NCBI GenBank assembly: GCA_043228905.1
Contig: JBHGNT010000001.1
Span: 6,944,001-7,008,000, forward strand
DNA length: 64,000 bases
Reading direction: 5' to 3'
From: Azolla caroliniana
Lineage: Eukaryota; Plantae; Polypodiophyta
Below, piece after piece: positions 39,441 through 51,905 of the stretch. A model generated the notes under the pieces. The model ran no database searches and was not told the DNA's origin. It saw only the letters and a list, made by a program, of their open reading frames with translations. The stretch's first letter is position 1; each line of letters starts with the position of its first letter. The translations under genes and the position numbers were made by a program.

Positions 39441-41694
39441 ATGGCGCTTGGTATTGACGAGAAGCCCGAGTATGAGTTCCTGAAGAAGCTCGGCCTCGAA
39501 GCTTCGAATTTTGGTTGCTATGGTGATGGCGTCTGGCGTGGCAGAGGACCCGCCATCACCTCTGTCAATCCCTCCACCAATAAGGTAAACAAACTAAAGT
39601 CTCCCGTACAAAAGTCTACCTTTCGTTTTCCTGAGCAGGTGTACCCAATTATGGTCATTTATCTGGTTTGCTTTGCTATAGCTTGATGACGTGTGCGCGC
39701 GTGAAATCATTTGTATAATCTGGTTCTTTACGATGCTGCTGTGTGGTCATATGCGAGTGTATGTATGTGTTTATGTATATAAGTTTGTTGAATGCTATAT
39801 ACTGAATTGCTAAAAAAGTGTACATGTTTATGTATGGGTGTATGTATGTGTGTATCTACGTTCTGAGTTCTTGTCTGTATGCGAGTACATGTGTGTAAAT
39901 ATCTGTGGATGTATGGATATGTGTGTCTATATGTGTGGATACGTGTTTGATATGTACATCAATGTAAATATCCATTGATATGTGTGTCTATATGTGTGGA
40001 TACGTGTTTGATATGTACATCAATGTAAATATCCATTGATATGTGTGTCTATATGTGTGAATAGAGACATGTACACATCCACTATCTGCTGGGTCTATAA
40101 TGACACCTTACTTATGTGCTCTGTCAATTGGAATGCTCACCAGTAAATTTCTTGAACATCGAGAGTCACTTACCAATTCCACAGACACAGTGGGAAAATG
40201 TTTCACATCTGAGGATGTTAATAAATTATATATACATATATCTATGTATCTAATACTCTTCCAGATGAGGAGTGAATAAGGGATTCCCAGTTTAAATGAG
40301 TGGATGTCACTCACAACCATTGTTATGACAGTTTTCATGCTGGAGTAAGTTCAGGCTTTAGATGGTTCAAAATTGCATTTGGAATGGTCGCAATAGATAG
40401 TCATATACTATATTGATCTAGATGATCATTCAAGAAGAGGTTCTAGAGATGACATGCATATATATGTGGTGGTGGTCAGAATTCCACCATTAATATCTGT
40501 CCTCAGAAGTAAGAGGCAAGATGGCCCAAGGCATACTCAATCGCATATAAGCTGCAAGTTCAAGGTTTCATAAATGATGTTTGACATTAAAAAACGTATT
40601 GTTGAGGGTCTATCAAAACATGCCAAGACATATTGGTAAGACACCCTGGGCGAGTTTATAAGCTGATGTTAAAAATCATCATAGACAGTTGTGGTTTAGT
40701 TGACTGTACCTTGGTTATCAAGGCAATTTGAGGCGCACATTCTTTTTATAGCTTTTCCATCTTAGACACATTCAGATAATGAGGTAGGTACCAGTGATTT
40801 GATTTGTGCAAACTTTTTAATTGCATTAGTATACACTTTCTGTTTCTATAGAGTTAGTATCTAACCATCCCGCTTGGCAAATAAATTCTAATTGGGGAAA
40901 CTATATAACAACATTATGTTACTTACAGAAATTCTTTATATCATTCTTCTTTTATAGATGTGATATAAAGCATCCTTTTTGTTTTATATTATTTAGCACC
41001 TTATGCGAGTATTTTCAAGCTTTCTTTTTGGCTTTGTTTTGAAATTTGTATTTTCTATTTCATGTGAAGCCTCATTTCTTGTGTACCCATAACTTGTTGA
41101 TACTTTCTCTTTGTTCATGCAAATAATTTTGGACCTATGGAGGTATAGATCTGACATTGGGCTCTTTGATATACAGCCTATTGCAAAAATTATTGAAGCA
41201 TCACTGGAGGATTATGAAGAAAGTATGGAAGCATGCTCAGCTGCAAGGAAGATATGGATGCATGTGAGTTATCTCTCTGTGTTGTAGGGTGACATTGTTA
41301 TATGTCACATGTTTCAATAAGTTTTTTTTTCTCCGAAACAGGTGCCTGCGCCCAAACGAGGTGAAATTGTAAGGCAAATTGGAGATTCTTTGAGATCCAA
41401 TTTGCAATACCTTGGGAGACTAATTTCATTAGAGATGGGTAAAATACTTGCAGAGGGTATTGGTGAAGTACAGGTATGATGAGTTAAAATTTTGTTGGCA
41501 CATATATGTTTTTTGGGTTGTGATATTGTTGTATTGGGCTCAATAAAAGCAGTGTTATTTTTGCCCTTCTTTTATAGGAAGTTATTGACATGTGTGACTA
41601 TGCGGTGGGGCTCAGCAGACAGTTGAATGGATCTGTGTTGCCGTCTGAACGTAAGTAGGATGTTGAATTATTAATTTTAGTTGGGAAAGAACAA

Positions 41695-41782
<88 letters not shown>

Positions 41783-44700
41783 AACAACTTCAACTGGAAT
41801 TTACAGGGCCAAATCATGCAATGCTAGAGGTAAGCACTTTTAGTTTAGTCTGGCTTAGATTGCATGAATGAAGATAATTCAATGAAATCAATTAAAGAAT
41901 GTCATCAATGAATGTTATATTCATGTTCAAATTGATCGTCTCATTGATGGTAAGGTTGCATAGGTATGGAACCCCCTTGGCATAGTTGGGGTTATAACTG
42001 CTTTCAATTTCCCTTGTGCTGTCCTTGGTAAGTCATGCTTTATTGTTTTCGTTAAGTGTTTCTTCTCAAGTGTGAGGAGAGTTTAATCATAGGTGATTGT
42101 TTTTTAACCAGGATGGAACGCATGTATCGCCCTTGTTTGTGGCAATTGTGTGGTGTGGTAAGTGGTTTAGTAGGTGTTTACTTTCTCTACAAAATAGATT
42201 AGCTGAACATTCTTGATTCATTTTTCTTTGTTATCTTTTTGTCTAGGAAGGGAGCTCCAACGACATCCTTGGTAACAATCGCAACAACAAAGATTATTGT
42301 GGATGTGTTTGAGAAGAATAACCTTCCGGGGGCCATCTTTACAACTGTTTGTGGAGGAGCTGAGATTGGAGAGGCCATCTCCAAGGATGCAAGAATTTCT
42401 TTGGTCTCATTTACCGGCAGCACAAAGGTTTGTTTCAAATCCTCTTTCTGCTTTATCATGAATCATCTTTATGATGAAGTTATAATCACAACGTCAAAGT
42501 AAACGAGCTAGAACTAATTTAAACTTTTCTTGGCTTACATGCTTTATACAAAGACATTACATGTGAGGGATGATGGTAAAGCATTGCTTTTATACATCCA
42601 TCAGCATTATGATAAATGATTTAACTAGCTTTTATAATCGTGATGTCTGTTTTGAAAGTATATTAGGTAATGATATTTAAGGATGTGAAGGATACTTTGA
42701 TATAAAAGGTTGTGGGTCGAAATCTAATACAATGACAGGATCTAATGTTACATGCATTGTAAAAAAAATGCATTTGTATTTTGATTTTGAGGTAATTATG
42801 CTAAAGTTAACTATTTTTATTCTCCTAAAGAAGACAGCTTTACAAAATCCGTTGTTTGACCACCCAAGGGTTGAGAGCAATTGAGTTATGTCATAAAAAA
42901 GGCATTGTGATTATTAGAATAAATACTGTCCTAGTTAAGTAACAGGTTTTCCTAAAAATGGCTTTCCAAAACTCATTTTCCACACAACCCAAAGAGTTCA
43001 AAACGGCCATTTGAGCCAAATAAAGTAGAGTTCATATAATAAAAATCTAAAAATTCTAAAAATTCTAAAAATTCTAAATTGGTTTCCAATTTTTGTTTTC
43101 CAGGTTGGCCAGATTGTGCAAAGAGTAGTAAGTGATAGATTTGGAAGATGTCTACTTGAGCTTAGTGGAAACAACGCAATAATAGTGATGGATGATGCCG
43201 ATTTATCATTGGTTGTGCCATCTGTATTGTTTGCATCGGTTGGCACTGCTGGACAGCGCTGCACGAGCTGTCGGCGGTTGGTAATATAAAGATTTTTCTT
43301 CTGTCTGTTAGATATATATATATATATATACACATATATACATAGATACACACACAGACAGGCATACAATCATTCATACATATATAAATACATACATACA
43401 TTTGTTCATACATACATATATACACATATTGCTTAGCTAAGTTTTGAATTTTCAGTGTGTTGTTTTGGTGAGAGACTTCTTTTTTGGCAGTTAATACATG
43501 AGAAGTTGTATAGTCAAGTGGTTGAAAAACTCGTGTACGCGTATGCACAAGTAAAAATCGGAGATCCTTTGGATGAAGGAACACTAATAGGCCCACTCCA
43601 TACTCCATCCTCGAGAACTAGTTTTCAGCAAGGCATAGAAAAGATTAAATCCCAGGTGCTAATTACATATATTCTGTTTATATGATACCCTTATTTTTAA
43701 ATATTGTTTTATTTTCGTTTATTATTATTATTTGTTTATGGATTTATGAGCATGCTTTTGCTATATAATACACCAACTATTTTCATTTTCATTTATATGG
43801 ATTATTTTTCTTGTTAAAATTCCGGTATTCATGAACATATGTTTGTTATATAATAACCCTTGATTAGGTTAGTTTTTTTTGCTTTAGAAAAAAAAACATA
43901 GCATTGTTGATGTTTTTTCATCTAATAATAAACTTTTTATAATCATTATTGATGCTTATTCCGTGTAATAATAATAATAAATGTTATTTCAGGGAGGCAA
44001 GATTTTGACTGGAGGTTCTATTGTTGAAGGAGTTGGGAACTTTGTCCAGCCAACTGTTGTGGAGATCTCACATGATGTGGAAGTTGTCAAAGAAGAGCTT
44101 TTTGGGCCTGTTTTATATGTCTTCAAGTTCAAGGTTTGTTTTACAGATCTCAGTTTTTAATGCGATATATCAACATACTACACGCTGTTCTCATGTTGAT
44201 TAAGTTTTCGTATTTTTGAGAAACTCTTCTGCATTAATTCTTAAACAGACTCTTGAGGAAGCCATCATCTTGAACAACTCTGTACCTCAAGGCTTGAGTA
44301 GTTCTATTTTCACACGAAATCCCGAGGCCATCTTTACTTGGATTGGGTATGGTCTCTACTTTTGGTTAAATTATTTCAAACTCTTATATGCATCTTAAGT
44401 TGGATTCATAAATGAAATATCTTTCACTGATGATGGAAGGTATTGAAAGATGTTACAATACGTAATTAAACAAATTGAAGTCCTTGATTTTGCATTAGAA
44501 TATAGTGACAATCATAGAACGTAATAAACGTGTTCGTGCAAGCATACAAACGTTTGGAAACGAACATGTTTGAAAAGGGAAAAATGCGTGCTCCTTTTTT
44601 TACCCTTTTTTTCTTTTATTATTATTAGAAATTAGCTCATCCTAGTGGTAAGTTGCTATGCTACGGCTGTCTATGTCTTGGGTTCGATTCCCATTTTTCT

Positions 44701-45940
44701 CATCTCTCTCTCGTTAGTGTCATGTCATAGCAAAATTTTATGTTAGTGTCATGTTCCTTTTTTTTCTTTCTTTGTTATTAGAAATTAGTTCACCCTAGTG
44801 GTGAGTTGTTATGGTACAACTGCCTATGTCTTGGGTTTGATCCTCAATTTTCGCATCTCTCTCTCTCGTTAGTGTCATGTCATAGCAAAATTTTATGTTA
44901 GTGTCATGTTTTTCTTCATATTCTCGAATATACGTTTTATGAGTTTTTGAACGTTTGATTATAATTTATAATGACATATTTTGATTCAATCTCTATAGTT
45001 CATACTCATTTTTTTGTAAAGTTCTAAAGTGAAGAAATTGATACCTTCACTAGTTGCGAGATAAGAACATTGATAATTGCAAGATGAGCTCATCATCAAT
45101 ACAATTATGTCTTTGAACTATTTGTTTTTTATGTTCATGCTTTTTAATGTTCAGTAGTTAAGTAATTCGTAAGTTTTGAGCTTTCAATTGTGTTGACATT
45201 TGATTCAATCAATATATAATATAGACCATAGTCATTTTTTGAAATTCCAATCTTTATTTTTTTTTCCAACATATAAATCCAATCCAACTTTGAGATGATT
45301 TATCATACACGTTTGATTGAATCATTCTCGAATGCGAATGCGCGTATGGTACGTATGGTACATTCTATGGTGACAATAAACTGTCCCATACGATATAACA
45401 TATGAAGTAATGATTAAAACTCAATTCTGATGCATAGATCTATATGAGGGGTATCATCATGATATGTCTGTCTTGAAAAATAGACCTAACATTAACTGGT
45501 ATCTATATATAATACGAAGAGTAAGTATAATCATCCATTAATGTATATTTATGATTACGGTATTGTCAGTTACCAGAACAAAATTCTAATATATATTACA
45601 AATTTGATTGTTGAGTGGTTCCAGTCCCTCTGGTAGCGATTGTGGTATTGTGAATGTCAACATCCCGACAAGTGGTGCTGAGATTGGAGGAGCTTTTGGC
45701 GGAGAGAAAGCGACAGGTGGTGGCCGCGAAGCCGGGAGCGATTCTTGGAAGCAATATATGCGCCGTGCTACATGGTGAGGAGAGATTATATGTCATTATT
45801 ATTATTATGTGCCGAATTGTTTTTATTGTGAATATAGATATAAAACGAACTGAACTTTTTTTTTTTGCATGTATTCTAGTACAATTAATCATGGAAGAGA
45901 TCTACCTCTTGCTCAAGGCATCAACTTTGGGGCTTATTGA
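39441..45940 (+). CDS. ALDH7B: Aldehyde dehydrogenase family 7 (antiquitin, alpha-aminoadipic semialdehyde dehydrogenase), 513 aa
   Basis: 14 GT-AG exons: 39441-39584, 41177-41263, 41342-41473, 41578-41650, 41807-41829, 41964-42027, 42112-42157, 42247-42427, 43104-43280, 43491-43655, 43993-44133, 44249-44346, 45625-45774, 45880-45940 (1542 nt, open). Motifs [45 protein letters not shown]. Confidence 0.96.
39917..40058. repeat. 61-bp tandem repeat (~2.3 copies) in ALDH7 intron 1
   Basis: GATATGTGTGTCTATATGTGTGGATACGTGTTTGATATGTACATCAATGTAAATATCCATT is repeated exactly. Confidence 0.9.
41695..41780. repeat. (TG)n(AG)n microsatellite in ALDH7 intron 4
   Basis: Direct sequence. Confidence 0.92.
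44513..45369 (-). mobile_element. Non-autonomous hAT-type element (long member of the CATAG...CTATG family) in ALDH7 intron 12
   Basis: Ends CATAGAACGTA / TACATTCTATG. Perfect 8-bp TSD GTGACAAT (44505-44512, 45370-45377). The right end shares CGAATGCGAATGC...TATGGTACGTATGG with the shorter copies. Confidence 0.9.
44620..44910 (+). repeat. ~153-bp tandem duplication with tRNA-like A/B boxes
   Basis: TAGCTCATCCTAGTGGTAAG...GGGTTCGATTCCC followed by a T-run, and a second more decayed copy at ~44783. Confidence 0.78.
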
Positions 45941-48439
45941 AAGATATTATCAGGTTAAAGAAGAAAGCAATGAAAGTGAAATTTTGAATCATCATGACTT
46001 CATACACAGAGAGCAACACAACAGACATAATTGGATCAAACCTTCTCTATTGCTTTTGTTTATGTTTTATTTGATCAAAGATTATGATTTCAATGTGATA
46101 TAATAGTTTTGTGGAACTTCCAAATTCTATTTTTATGTGATATAAGTTCTGATTAACAGTTTTCTTATGCCCGATGTCAAGAAAATATGACCTAATGGTA
46201 GGTAACTACAATCTTTAACTAACTAAAACACAATGGGTGCAATGAATAACGCTTATTGGTAATTTACTGTACATTATATATATGGCTAGCTACCTTGAAT
46301 AGAGGTAATAGAGTTTAGGCAAAGAACTTACGGGAAATATGTCTTAGTTAGAGAAAGAAACAAATATAAAAGTGATGATCCTCAATTTCGATTGTTTTCG
46401 AATAGCTTAAACATTAATTCATACTCCTCACTCATGCTTTGTCATGGACTGTCTTTTTAACTATCAAAAACAGAGTTCTCATTTTGTATCCATGCATAAG
46501 ATTTTGTTATGATTTGGAATTAGAATATTCTACATGTGACGAAGAATTCTCAACTATGGTATGAGTTGGTACAAAGTAATGGTGTCTAGTTAATGACGCA
46601 GTGCTCTCTTTTTCAATATGTAGGAGACAAATATGTACATTGAAATGACGTTAAAGGACATGCAACGAGTATTCTCATTATTAAGGAAGGTTGATATAGA
46701 AATTCTAATGCATCAAAAGTTGCTTAAATGTTAGCGAATTCATGTTATGTATGTGATGTGCATTCGTCTCTTGAATTGACATTTATCATGTTAGAAATAT
46801 ATGATGACACTATATTTTTAAATGGATTTAACCTTAAATGTACATAAAAGGGACACCACAATGTTATAATATTTACTGTATCACTTTCTTCAATGCTATC
46901 ACCTTGGATGCCTTCGGGATATCTCATGTTAGTGTGCTATTGGTGGGAATCTATCAATGGAATTTGACTTCCTTTCCCATCAAAGATTATACAACAATTG
47001 GAAGTTTAATGCAATATTCTTCAAGGTTAAAAAAAAGGATATATGTATGCTTTGTTGAGATCAAAGACGAGCATCTAGTTATAACATGGTTTTAATAGCA
47101 TGTTTCGTGCTGATTGATCCATTACTAGTAATGAATTATTTTCTCCATTCAAGGTTTATTTAAAATCATGTGTATTGAGAAGTTTTGACTATTTTTTGTT
47201 TGGTTCCTGAAAGATGCTACCAAAGTATGCAAATGTTAGGTATGCCACAAAAAATTGTACACATCAAGCCTAGAACAATCAGCTACCAACTAAATTAATC
47301 GTGACCCAAAGGTTGTTTTCATTTCAATTCATAATACTAACTCCCAAGATACAACACCCAAAACTAGTTGGGTATAAAACAAACCACATTATGGCATTGT
47401 CATCCGATGTCCTCAAATGTAGATGAAAAGTAGGTAAACGAAAAGAAGAGATTTTGTTTTGTGAATAGTTTGCCTAATTGCGTATTGTTGCACACATGTT
47501 TCCTTACAAAGGTTTTGCATATGCTTCTTCCAACAAGTTGCAACCTCTTGAGCATGAAAGTCATTGTTCATTTGAAGATGTCTGACACTTCCAACATTCA
47601 TGATGCATGTGCAACATCAACAATGTTATCACCTTTAATGTAACAAATATAATTTAGAACCATGAACATAATGTGTGCTAGGTGAGCTATAATGAATATT
47701 CATGTCAAACACCTATATTTATCAGCTTTGATAAGTCCTTGCGCCTTAGATTACCTACTTGTCTTTAAGATATGCACAAATAATACGTGAAAATCATCTG
47801 CGAAGAGAAGGTTTGTGACATTTCTCAAAATATTACACAAATATTACAAGCTTTAAACTAGGTATGGGCCATAGTATAAGTTGGATGTATATTGTTGTAC
47901 TTTTGCATTACTTGTGTGTCATGATTGTATGAATACTTGATTGCAAAACATGTTGGGAGGTCCTCATTAAAGTTATACATAAATAAGTAAACATTGCATA
48001 ATCTAGATTTAATAACCTAAAAGACGAAAATGGAGATTTCTAAGAGACATCATAATTTCTAATAACTTAATTACTCAAAAGAGGGCTTCACAACCCCAAC
48101 CTAAACTAGTTGTTCTCTAGAGAGGTCACTTTGATGACATCTTCTCCTTATTCAACCCATCCCCCTCTTGAGCGCGCGTGTGTGTGTGCACACACACACA
48201 CACATGCTTTTAGTGATGCATTATAATATTAATAGGAAACTTCGAAGTGAAGTAGAAAAACAAACAATTCATTTTAAAACCATGTTGGAGTAAAGACACA
48301 CAAAAAACACCAATGACATCACAAACATCACACACACGAAGCTCATTGCACATGCACACACATTATGTTCTGTAATTAGTACATATGGAAACATCAAGAT
48401 GAGACGAAGCCCCATACCAAATGGATAAAGGACATGAAT

Positions 48440-51400
48440 GCATTTTCCTTCGTTGAAATATTGCAGGCTATCAAAGGTGTTGGGCCAGATGGAATGGGGA
48501 GAGATTTTTTCATTACATATTAGGATTTGGTTCTTGATTATTTACTTGCAACATTTCAAGAAATGTTCAATACAAGTATTATGTCACAAATGGGGAAAGA
48601 AGGATTGATATGCCTCATTCTGAAAGGTGATGTAGTTACGGATGAGGTTAAGGGTTGGCACCCCATTACTCTATTGAATACAATTTACAAAATTTATGCT
48701 AAGTTATTGGCTTTGAGATTACAATCCTTTCTTTAGGATATTGTGCATGAATCTCAGATGGGATATATGCAAGAACATAATATTTTTTATAATGTTTTTT
48801 TGTTTTGGGAATTAATAGGGATTGCAATGAAGAATAAAGAAGATCTTGCAGTCCTTTTATTAGATTTTGAAAAGGCATATGATAGAGTTGATTGGGACTT
48901 CATGCAAGGTTCATTTTTGAGATTAGGTTTTCTTGTCCAATGGATTAGGGTTGTAGCTTCGTTGCTTCGTTGTATTGTAAGGCCTTTAGTTCAGTCTTGG
49001 TAGCTGATGGTCAAACTAGAAAATTCTTTGTTCGCATTCTGTACGTTAAGGCTGTCCATCGGCTCCATTCCTGTTTTTGCTAGTAATGGAAACATTTTCA
49101 ATATATTTAAATGCTTCTCAAGTTTATGTTAAGGGTTTGCCTTTGCCTACAATGCAACAATAATTGTTGGATTCAGAATTCGTTGATGATATTGCAATTT
49201 ATGTCCAAGGTACTGATGATAATTTAAGAAAATTGCAAGTAGTTGTGGAAGAATTCTGTTTGGCCTCTAGAGCAAAGATAAATTGGCATAAATTTCTTGG
49301 TTTTTGGATATCACAAAATTCGTTGCCAACTTGGATGCCTTCGTAGGAATTCAAGTGGGTTCCTGATGGAACCACTACTTGTTACTTAGGCTGCCAAGTA
49401 GGAATTCATGTTAATGTAGATCTGTTAGTTGTTCCTCTACTTGTAAAGTTAAGGAGGAAATCGTTGCTTTGGGATTCGGTTAACTTGTCATTTGTAGGTC
49501 GGGTACTTATGACTAACCAAGTTCTTCTAGCAACTATTTTGTATATTGCTTCTACTACGTTGTTTGCTAGATCATGTATTTTGCAAGTGCAACACCTCAT
49601 CGCAATTACATTTAGGGAGGAAAAACAGGTCAAGATAAAAGGCCTAAAGTAGCTTGGGCAATATTGATTGCTCCGAGACAAAATGGTGGGTTGGGGCTGG
49701 TGGATCCGAAATCACAATGTAAGACTTTGCTTTCTAAATTTGTGTGTAGAGCTATGTTGCCAATGCAAGATGTTTGGAGTTAGTTGATGATGCATAGGTT
49801 GTCTACTATATGTACGACAATAGGTGGAATGTAGCAACCCTCATTAAGGTGGGCCTTTATTCAGAATTTTCATTTGTTTAAAACAATCTTATCAAAAGAT
49901 AGATTTTTTAATGGAATTCTCACAAGTTGGTTAGTTGTTAAAAAGTTTCTAGTTCGGAAGATGCCTTTGACAACGGATGACTTGTTGAGAGAACCTTTGA
50001 CCTAGAATTTTCTCTTCTCTGATGCAAGGGGTTTGCTGCTTGGTAGCCGTCCTCGGCTAAATTGGGCTTCTTTGGATGCATCAGTTGCAGGTAATGTTCT
50101 ATCATGGGGATATTATGTTATGAATCAATCGTTACAATCATTGTCGATGCTTTCAGTTTGAGGAGGTGACATTATGTGCAATGATATGCAAATGGCATTG
50201 GGACAATTTATGGCTTCATGGTCCCCTTCTAGCAATAAGATTTGGTTTGGTTATTTCTTTCCTTTAAAAGTTAGTTTAGGAGCTAAAGTAACTAACATTA
50301 CAGGTGATGCTATATACTTTAATGTGGGTGATGATGGTAGGTTGTGGCATGTATTTTTTGCATCAGATGTGTGGATGTCCGCCAATGTTTCAACTATTTG
50401 AGTAGTTGCAAGAATTGGAAAAAAATGGTTCTTGGATCCACCCTTTCAAGGATGCTTCCTGTGTTTCTCATTGTCGGTTTTTCAAAAAAAGTCTCTTTAC
50501 AATTTGGATTGATATCTAGTTGATTATCAATGGAAAAAGCCGAGTGCTAGTGGAAATGGTAATCATTTGGAGTTTTTCCAATATTCGGTTAAGCTAGGTA
50601 GAAATTTGTTGTTGCAATCAAAGTATAAATGCCTTTCTGCCATGAAGCATTGGACTGAAAATAATGTGCATGCATTGCAACTTACCAAATTTTGGAAATG
50701 GTTGTGGAGTATGCAATTGCTGAAAAAAGTGATTTGTTTTCGTTGGTTGTTGATGCCTTATGCTCTTCCTATTGGTGATTGGTTGAGGCAAAATCAACAA
50801 TATGCTTGTGGAATGCATTGTGGTGCATCTATGGAATCTATTTTGCATGTGTTTTGGTTATGTCCTAGCATCAAGCAATTTTGGAGTAAGCTGTTTTTAT
50901 TGTTGAGACAACTTTATTCTCGTTCTATTTTCTCATGGGGTGCAGTATTATGGGGTGTCCTTCATGGAGATCTTATGAATTATGAAAGTAGGCATGCTTC
51001 TCATGTCTTTCACTGTTCCCACAGACACCTCTATCTCACCTCATTTTCATCTTATATTCGATGGTTTAGAATTGAAATTTTGGTTATTTGGCGTACTATT
51101 ACATCATTAGCTCTTTGGATAATATGGAATGCGAGATGTGATGTTGTTTTTAATAATGCTCACATACATCTCCGCACCATGCTTATTGAATTTTGGTTGT
51201 TATTTGTCCATACACTACGTGGTCAATATGATGCTTTGCAGGGTTCGGGTGATGTTCTATGGCAACGTCAAGTAGCCTTTAAGAAATAATGGCAATGGCT
51301 TCACTTATTTTCAGATACAACTTCTAGTCTGAGGCCGAATTATGTCATACCTTCTTTTCTGTTGCATAGCTCGTAGTTTTTGCTCCACTTGTTTCTTATA

Positions 51401-51540
51401 TGATATCATCTGTTTGATCAAATGTTGGTACTAACCTTTGTATCACAATTGAAGCGAGATGAAATGTCTCCTTTTGTTTTCTCTACGTACATTTCTCAAG
51501 TAATATACTAAGGTTTATCTTTCATTTTCTTTTTATAAAA
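48440..51540 (+). mobile_element. Decayed 5'-truncated L1/Tx1-like LINE (RT to zf-RVT)
   Basis: WHPITLLNTIYKIYAK, LLLDFEKAYDRVDW, EFVDD, GGLG, CGMHCGASMESILHVFWLCP, IIWNARC. Multiple stops. Confidence 0.92.
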
Positions 51541-51644
51541 GAGAGGATATGAATGAATCTAAAGGTTTTGACATTGTTTAAGCTAAAACTATTCAAAGAA
51601 AAGGGCAAAACAATGGTCTAGGATATCATGAGAAGTATAACAAC

Positions 51645-51905
51645 CATAGTATGAACCATACATACCATACGTGCATTCACATTCGAGAATGTTTCAATCA
51701 ATCGAGTATGATAAACACCCTCGACATATGGTAAATACCATATTTTTTTGTATTCATTATTTATTATAAGTTTTTTTTAAGGTAAGAACATTAAGGTAAA
51801 AAGTGTAATAAAAAAACATAAGAATGTTTTGATAACATATGTATTCGTTTGCATTCGCATGAAAAAGAATGTTTGCCAATGCATTAAAGTATATTACATA
51901 CTATG
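51645..51905 (+). mobile_element. hAT-type MITE, CATAG...CTATG family copy 4
   Basis: Ends CATAGTATG / CATACTATG. Perfect 8-bp TSD ATAACAAC (51637-51644, 51906-51913). Confidence 0.92.
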
